Assembly (NCBI GenBank): GCA_964016885.1
Contig: OZ024741.1
Span: 322,648,001 to 322,712,000, forward strand
Direction of reading: 5' to 3'
Source of the DNA: Eledone cirrhosa
Taxonomy: Eukaryota
Length of the DNA: 64,000 bases
Shown: one piece after another, positions 58,026 through 64,000 of the stretch
Layout of the letters: each line of letters starts with the position of its first letter
How positions within the stretch are numbered: position 1 is the stretch's first letter
Translations under genes and position numbers: made by a program
Notes under the pieces: generated by a model
The model's input: only the letters and a program-made list of their open reading frames with translations
Database searches by the model: none
Told to the model about the DNA's origin: nothing

Positions 58026-58435
58026 GCGTCTTAATGACGTAATGCAGACAGCCAGGCATACAGACAGATATTATAAGGGCGCAACGTAATATCAATGTAT
58101 CTATCTAAAAAGTGAAAGACTAAGAGAGAGATAAAGAGATCGCTAAATTGCCTAATGCGGTCCCTAGGGCATTGAAAATTTGAAATTGTTTTTGCTCAGA
58201 ACACTCAATAGGACCATAAGTATTACATGTGTAAAGTTTGAAAACAATCGGTTGGGTGGTTCTCGAGTTTTAGTGATTGAACAGACAGACAGACAAACAG
58301 ACATTCTCTGTTTTAGTAATATATATCATTTACAATTTGCGTGTAGGCAGGTCTCTCTGGAAATAGGGTTTGGTGTGTTGAGGGTATTACGTGGCCGTGA
58401 GGAGGGCGGTGGGCCCAAATGTTTGAGAACCTCTG
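57236..58435. mobile_element. hAT (Charlie-like) MITE interrupted by a Helitron-type insertion
   Basis: The TIRs are CAGAGGTTCTTAAA and TTTGAGAACCTCTG. The flanking 8-mers TACTAGCA and TATTAACA match at 6/8 with a central TA, consistent with a decayed 8-bp TSD. Confidence 0.75.
57453..58327 (-). mobile_element. Non-autonomous Helitron-type element (Lep1-like architecture)
   Basis: The minus-strand 3' end is the hairpin CCCGAGCAACGCCGGG, 8 nt, then CTAG followed by T. The 5' region has (GTCT)n and AACCACCCAACCGATTGTTTTCAAACTTT. The 5' boundary is approximate. Confidence 0.7.
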
Positions 58436-58784
58436 TATTAACACATAAAGGTGTAGACTAGCACATAATGGCGTGGGATCGGAAGTGTGAGAGGAGAGAG
58501 AGGTGATGGTGAGTGAGAGAGGAGCAGGGAGAGGGGAAGGGGAAAAAGAAAACATTTCTATTGAGCCCTAAGAGATATATAAAAGGTATAACATATATGA
58601 TGTATTTATTTTAATACATTTAAATACATTGATATGATTTTCAAGTGGTTCTTCAGCTTAATAATATTATAATTTATCATTGCATTAATGCGCTAAATAA
58701 GATTCTTTGAAAAGTTAATTTGAACTCTCTTAATGATTCTATCGCTCATCATAAAAGAATTATTTATTCATATAGCTCAGTTAC

Positions 58785-58829
58785 TATATATGTGTGTGTG
58801 GGTGGGTGTATGTATATATATATATATAC

Positions 58830-58873
<44 letters not shown>

Positions 58874-58940
58874 TGGGGTATATATATATATATATATATT
58901 TATATATACCCACCACCACACAAATATATATATATATAGA
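58785..58940. repeat. (TA)n/(TG)n microsatellites with a short TA-centred inverted repeat
   Basis: GTGTGGTGGGG(TA)nCCCACCACCACAC at 58868-58921. Confidence 0.85.
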
Positions 58941-59009
58941 ATGCCGTTAGCTTCTTGCTAAAACAATCTCTATACCTCTCATTTATATATAAATATATAT
59001 ATATTTATA

Positions 59010-59800
59010 GTTTGGGAGGGTCATGCAGCCAATAATAAAAAACACACGCACCTGTTAGGTTTCAATTCATTTGAAAGAACACTGGTGAGAACCCCAAGAC
59101 GAGGAAAAGTGGTTAGCACTCCACCAGTAGTACCAGAATGGAAGATGGTGGCTGAGAGAACATCGAAATAAAAATTATATCTACACACAGAACAGACGCA
59201 ATGCTCCGACAGATTACTGAAGAGACAAACATAAACGAACTCCGACCAAAACTAAATAGAAAGCAGGAATGAATCACAACATAGTAACTAAGTACAATAT
59301 AAAGACAAAAACACACAAGAACAAAGCTAATAAGATAAACAGACTGCCCCCACTACACACACGATAGAAAAAGTAACCAACTAGTGACAAGTAAGAAAGA
59401 GAATAGAGAGAGAGAATAAATAAATAAATAGAGGTATTAATAAATAAAAAAATAAACACACACACACATCCGTATGTAACACGTGCGCTGTACAAGGACA
59501 CAGCTCACAAAAACAAGATAGTGTAATACAGAACAAAGGAGAGACACAAAGTAACAATAAAAGTAGACACTGAGGAGGTTACAGAATGTGTAACAAAGGA
59601 GCTTTGACAATCAACAACTAAACAACCATCCGTTTATTAAACTAACCGGCTGAGAAAATAATATAATAAATTGAAGTGAAAACCATCTGGTGCATGTGCT
59701 TTTTATTGACAGCATGACCCTCTCAAAGTATAACAATATCTGTTTCAACACACGTTTTCAGATAAAAAATTTCGCAAAACAAATACAAAAGCGATATATA
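59010..59800 (+). mobile_element. Inverted-repeat element family A, copy 2 (longer interior)
   Basis: The left arm is TTTGGGAGGGTCATGCAGCCAATAA...CACACGCACC. The right arm 59668-59797 is the reverse complement of copy 1's full left end (55541-55672). The interior shares CACAAAAACAAGAT...CAGAACAAAGGAGAG and the hammerhead segment. Confidence 0.75.
59566..59608 (+). ncRNA. Degenerate hammerhead (family A, copy 2)
   Basis: GACA-CTGAGGA-G-GTTACA(gaatg)TGTAAC-AAAG-GAGCTT-TGAC. Stem II shows a compensatory C-G to T-A change relative to copy 1, but GAAA is damaged. Confidence 0.5.
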
Positions 59801-59831
59801 TATGGACGTTACAATCACACTATATATATAT

Positions 59832-60296
59832 ATAAAAGAAATAGGATTTCGCTTCAAGCATAGCTTTACACAATATGTATAAATATTTCGTATCTCCAAA
59901 GAAATACAGTTTCAGGAAGCCGTAGCTATAAAAACACCGGGGGGCTAACGTCCTCTGGTGATGTCCAGCAGAAGCAAGGGGGACAACCGTCTATTCATTT
60001 CAGGCTTAACTGGCCTTCGTCAGGACGGTCCCTCCCACCGCTTGCGACTGCTGGACTAGAAGACAGCTGAGAATATATAGTTTTCTCGTCTGTGTAAATG
60101 AGGTGATTAATCTCATTTACATATGAAGCTGCATAAGTTGGCTCAACTTATAATAAAGTGAAATGCATAGACGGTTGTCTCCCTTGCTTCTGCTGGACAT
60201 CACCAGAGGGCGTTAGAGCCCCCCCCCCTCCCCCGGTGTTTGCATAGCTACGGCTTCCTAAAACTTTATTTCTTTGGAGATACGAAATATTTATAC

Positions 60297-60300
<4 letters not shown>
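59832..60300 (-). mobile_element. Inverted-repeat element family B, copy 1 (probable Penelope-like derivative)
   Basis: Arms of ~130 bp (59871-60001 vs 60160-60300) are reverse complements, bounded by (TA)n, with a hammerhead on the minus strand. Confidence 0.8.
59986..60029 (-). ncRNA. Minimal type I hammerhead ribozyme
   Basis: The minus strand reads ACCGTC-CTGACGA-AGGC(cagttaa)GCCT-GAAA-TGAA-TA-GACGGT: 6-bp stem I, canonical core, 4-bp stem II and an AUA cleavage triplet. The inverted arm shows the palindromic version GAAATGCATA. Confidence 0.85.
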
Positions 60301-60390
<90 letters not shown>

Positions 60391-60394
<4 letters not shown>

Positions 60395-60733
60395 ACAATT
60401 TCGTATTTCTAAAGAAGCACGGTATAGGAAGCCGCAGCTATGCAAAAAACACCGGGGCTAACGCCCTCTGGTGGTGTCCAGCAGAAGCAAGGTATCGATG
60501 TATTTCGGACTTAACTGCTCCTCATCGGAACGATCCCTCCCACACTTGCTACTGCTGGACTTAAACAAGATTACCCCCTTGCTTCTGCTGAGCTTCTGCT
60601 GAGCACCACCGGTGTTTTTTTGCATAGCTACGGCTTCCCAAATGTTTACCTGTAAACATACGGTGTTTCTTTAGAAATACGAAATTTCTACACATATCTG
60701 TATACAGCTATGCCTGAAGCTAAATCCTAATTC

Positions 60734-60740
<7 letters not shown>
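60391..60740 (-). mobile_element. Inverted-repeat element family B, copy 2, with a degenerate hammerhead at ~60494-60535
   Basis: The arms ATTTCGTATTTCTAAAGAA...GGAAGCCGCAGCTATGCAAAAAACACCGG and CCGGTGTTTTTTTGCATAGCTACGGCTTCC...TTCTTTAGAAATACGAAAT are inverted. The minus strand reads CCGATGA-GGA...TCC-GAAA-TACATC. Confidence 0.75.
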
Positions 60741-60824
<84 letters not shown>

Positions 60825-60825
<1 letters not shown>

Positions 60826-61010
60826 TGTTTCTACTTTTGGCACAAGGCCAGCAATTTCCCAGTGTATTACTGGTACTTTATTTTATCGACCCCGTAAGGA
60901 TGAAAGGCAAAGTTAACCTCGGCGGGATTTGAACTCAGAATGGCAAGGGCCGTAACTCTATGCGTCAAAGCATGGCGTCCGACCCTCTACCGATACTGCC
61001 AATTCACCGC

Positions 61011-61012
<2 letters not shown>
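60825..61012 (-). mobile_element. Full-length tRNA-derived SINE between (AAT)n tracts
   Basis: The minus strand starts GGCGGTGAATTGGCAGTATCGGTAGAG (A-box), has the B-box GAGTTCAAATCCC, and ends AGAAACA(ATT)n. Confidence 0.88.
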
Positions 61013-61048
<36 letters not shown>

Positions 61049-61050
<2 letters not shown>

Positions 61051-61320
61051 GTGGGAGGTAAAAAGGATTTGGAACTGCCATGAGGTCAAAGTGGTCCCGA
61101 TTGTCATAGGCGCACTAGGTACTATCTCAAAGAGTTTCCAAGGATGGTTAAAGAAAATTGGTCCCGCCCCGCTTTTTGGAACACTTCAGAAGGCATGCTT
61201 GCTGGGAACAGCAAGAACCCTCCGATACGTCCTGAATATCTGAGGCTGCAGGTAACGGCTTGATATTCATTTCCACAAACTTTCCAGTTAAATAACATCA
61301 ATGACTGAGACTCAAAGAAC
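61049..61320 (+). mobile_element. 5'-truncated Dong/R4-clade LINE (endonuclease C-terminus plus 3' UTR) inside (AAT)n
   Basis: 61049-61243 translates without stops as KWEVKRIWNCHEVKVVPIVIGALGTISKSFQGWLKKIGPAPLFGTLQKACLLGTARTLRYVLNI*. (AAT)n lies on both sides, the known target of Dong elements. Confidence 0.85.
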
Positions 61321-61354
61321 AACAACAATAATAATAATAATAATAATAATAATG

Positions 61355-64000
61355 ATTTCATTTATTAGCCACCAGGGCCGACATGTAGGGGACAATACAA
61401 AGACAGGGACAGTGGGGGTTTACAATAAGGTGGAGTAAAAGTGCACAATGGCAAGACTAATTTAACAATGAAAATATAAAAATATAAAATAAACTATGCA
61501 TAAATATAACAAAATAAATTCCCCGATAAGGGTGGACGACCCTGGGGTGACTTGTCCCCTCCACAAAAAATTGAAGAGGAGCCGTTCCAATTCTGAACTA
61601 CCCTGCGCTTCTAGGGCACCCAGGGAGAGCACCCCTCGACTCAAGTTAGCCAGCCTATAGGCGCATGGTCAGAGTAGGCCCATTCACACGAGCCATTCTC
61701 GCCACATTCAGCCACCTTTTAGCAAATGTACTGGGGGGCAGCACTTCTCTCTCCACCCTCACCTTCCTTTCCAGGTGAAACTTGAAGAAGTTAATGAGGG
61801 ATTGGCCGAAGAGAAAAGTGTCTGTCTTTAGTCCTTTCAACCTGGTCCACCATATAATCTCTTTCGCAACTGCCACCAGACAGAGGAAAATTTCCTGCTC
61901 TTCCTGACCTAAGGAAGGGGTGTATCGATCTTCACTATGGACTCGGCCGATAGCTGGATTCGTTCCACACGCGACAGTAGCTGTTCGACATAACTCCACA
62001 AGTCAGTAATGCACGGACATTGGACAAGTGCGTGCAGAACGGTTTCGTCGTTCTGTGCGCATCTTGGACAGGTCCGTCATGACAGCACTTCCGTGCCTGT
62101 AGAGTTTATCCCGAACCGGAAGTGCTCCCCGGTAGCACTGCCAAGCGAGGGATTTCTGGAAATTGTCCATCGTCCCCGGCTCAAAAGTCCTCCGGTACAG
62201 ACTGGTCAGTTCGACTTCGTCGAGGCCCAAAGCTTCTCCGAGTGCGTCATCGCACTTGCCCACCACTAATCCTCTATAGAACTCGAGAGTGGAAATTCCA
62301 CTAATCGCATTGCCCGCTTGGTAGAGGGCAGTGAGTGCCTGGCAACATTCCAGGTGCCAGTCACCCAGTCTCGGTCTCTTCTTGACCCAGGACTGCAGCT
62401 CAGTCAAAGAAATGAGCTGCGGAAAGGCCCGTCTGATAAACGGCGACCACACCTGTTCACCGTTGAGGCAGAATATCTGGAGATGTCGCAGCCTCAACGC
62501 ATGTCTGCGCATCATTAGCCACGGCATGCCCAGCTCTCCGCGTAGAGGGTGCTGGCAGCAGATGGACCGCTTCACCAACGGAACTTGTCCCCTCCACAAA
62601 AATTTGAAGAGGAGCCGTTCCAGCTTGACGAGGCGCGGACGGGGGCAAGGCACGACGGTCAGGCGGTAGTAGATGACGGACGCGATGTACCCATTCGCCA
62701 CCTCCGCGCGACCTTTCAGTGATAGCTTCCTCCCAGCCCATTTTTGTGTGAGACTGGCTACCCTGCTCGTTACCTCGTCCCAATTATTTTCCACCTGGAG
62801 GTCTGTTCTGAACCAAACCCCGAGCAACTTTACCGGTCCGCCCGTCCGTCAAGCGCCCCACGACGCTGTTGAACGGCATGGGCTTGCCTCTCCAGGTTCC
62901 GAGCTGCAAGCCCACCGACTTTTCCGGGTTAAGTTTGGCTCCTGTCAACCTTTCATATTCCTTCAATAAGGTGCCGACCACCTCGATTTCTGAGGTGTTC
63001 GACACCATCACGGTGATGTCGTCCGCATAAGCCGACACCGCCTTTCCACGTCCCGGTTCGAGCGGGATGCCCTGCAACAGCTCCAGCTTCCGCAGTAAAG
63101 GCTCGAGAGTCAATACGTACAGAAGGGAAGAGAGAGGGCACCCTTGGCGGACCGATCGGGAGAGCCGAAATGGTTCCGAGAGGTGGCCATTAACCGTGAC
63201 CACCGAGCATGTGCCGCTGTGCATTGCAACGATCCAGCTTCTAAAGACGGGGCCGAAGCCAGCTGCTTTGAGGACAAACTCCAGATACCGATGGTCGACC
63301 CTATCGAATGCTTTTGATTGATCTAAATTGATCAGTTCCCCACCGAAGCCAGGTTTACACCCTACCCTCTCTATGATGTATCGCATGAGGTGGAGATTGT
63401 CGTATATGGACCTGGCTGGGATTGCGCAAGTTTGCGCCTCCCCAACCAAATCCTCGACAAGTGCCAATCTCTTTGCTAACACCTTGGCCAAAATCTTAAA
63501 CTCTGTGTTGAGCAGAGTTATGGGCCTGAAGTTGTCTAATGTATCCCTCTTGTTCTCGTCTTTCCTTATCAGCGTCACCACTCCCCTGCTCACAGAACTG
63601 GGAATACTCCCATTCTGCTGCCAGTTGCAGTAGAGTGCTTCGAGGAGTTCGGAGAACAAGTCTGGCATATTTACGTAAAGCTCGTATGGGCAGGCCATCC
63701 AAACCGGGTGACTTGCGCCTCATGCAGCCGACAAGGGCGTCCTGAATTTCGGCTGAAGTAATCGGTTTTTCGCAGCGCTCAGCGTCGACCGTTGAGATGC
63801 GCGGCAAGCCGTCAAGGTAGGGACTGAATTCCGCTACTCTCTCTGACTCGCCACTCTCTCTGAACAACCGAGCAAAGTGCTGGCGAAAGGCCTCACACAT
63901 ACGCTTGGAATCGCTTATCTCGTGTCCGTCTCGGTCCGCCAAAGACAGAATTGTGGTTTTATTACCACGCTGCGCCTCCACCACGCGGGCCCATCGAACA
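61355..64000 (-). mobile_element. L1/Tx1-clade non-LTR retrotransposon, 3' part (continues beyond the window)
   Basis: ORF2 motifs are present (next feature). The 3' UTR spans 61355-61654 and ends AATAAATGAAATC(ATT)n. Confidence 0.9.
61655..64000 (-). pseudogene. Frameshifted ORF2 (reverse transcriptase plus C-terminal CCHC knuckle)
   Basis: Motifs are KSPGLDGLP, NFRPITLLNTEFKILAK, DQSKAFDRVDH, VRQGCPLS, AYADD and CPRCAQNDETVLHALVQC. The ORF is split over four pieces by frameshifts near 63695, 62850 and 62080. Confidence 0.92.

Noticed and set aside
62009-63745. + strand ORFs overlapping the LINE
   Set aside because: These are antisense shadows of the GC-rich ORF2.

Overview
This is eukaryotic, repeat-dense DNA with no recognisable host gene. 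The SINE family, microsatellite load and LINE mix resemble cephalopod (octopus-like) genomes; that is pattern recognition, not a database result. From left to right: (1) 1-2651 is a head-to-tail array of a ~615-bp unit made of an RTE-type 5' region, an RTE-like C2H2 C-terminus and a (TATG)n tail, alternating in A/B variants. (2) 2.7-9 kb holds tRNA-type SINEs, decayed Dong/R4 LINE pieces, a mariner-type MITE and a 57-bp minisatellite. (3) 9006-50760 is a ~41.8-kb array of the 15-mer GTAGTTGTTAGTGGT with kb-scale higher-order duplications. It reads as TTTPL (mucin-like) on the minus strand but is broken by propagated 14-mer frameshifts. (4) At 50760/50761 the strand flips abruptly into the reverse-complement repeat, which grades into an 11-mer (CACCACTACCA)n. 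(5) 53-64 kb holds microsatellites, (TA)n-centred palindromes, two families of inverted-repeat elements carrying minimal hammerhead ribozyme folds (Penelope-like), a hAT MITE with a nested Helitron-type element, an RTE relic, a Dong/R4 3' fragment in (AAT)n and a frameshifted L1/Tx1 ORF2. The most notable signals are the hammerhead-bearing foldback elements, the tandem bipartite RTE derivative and the giant 15-mer array with its head-to-head junction. All alignments and folds were done by eye.
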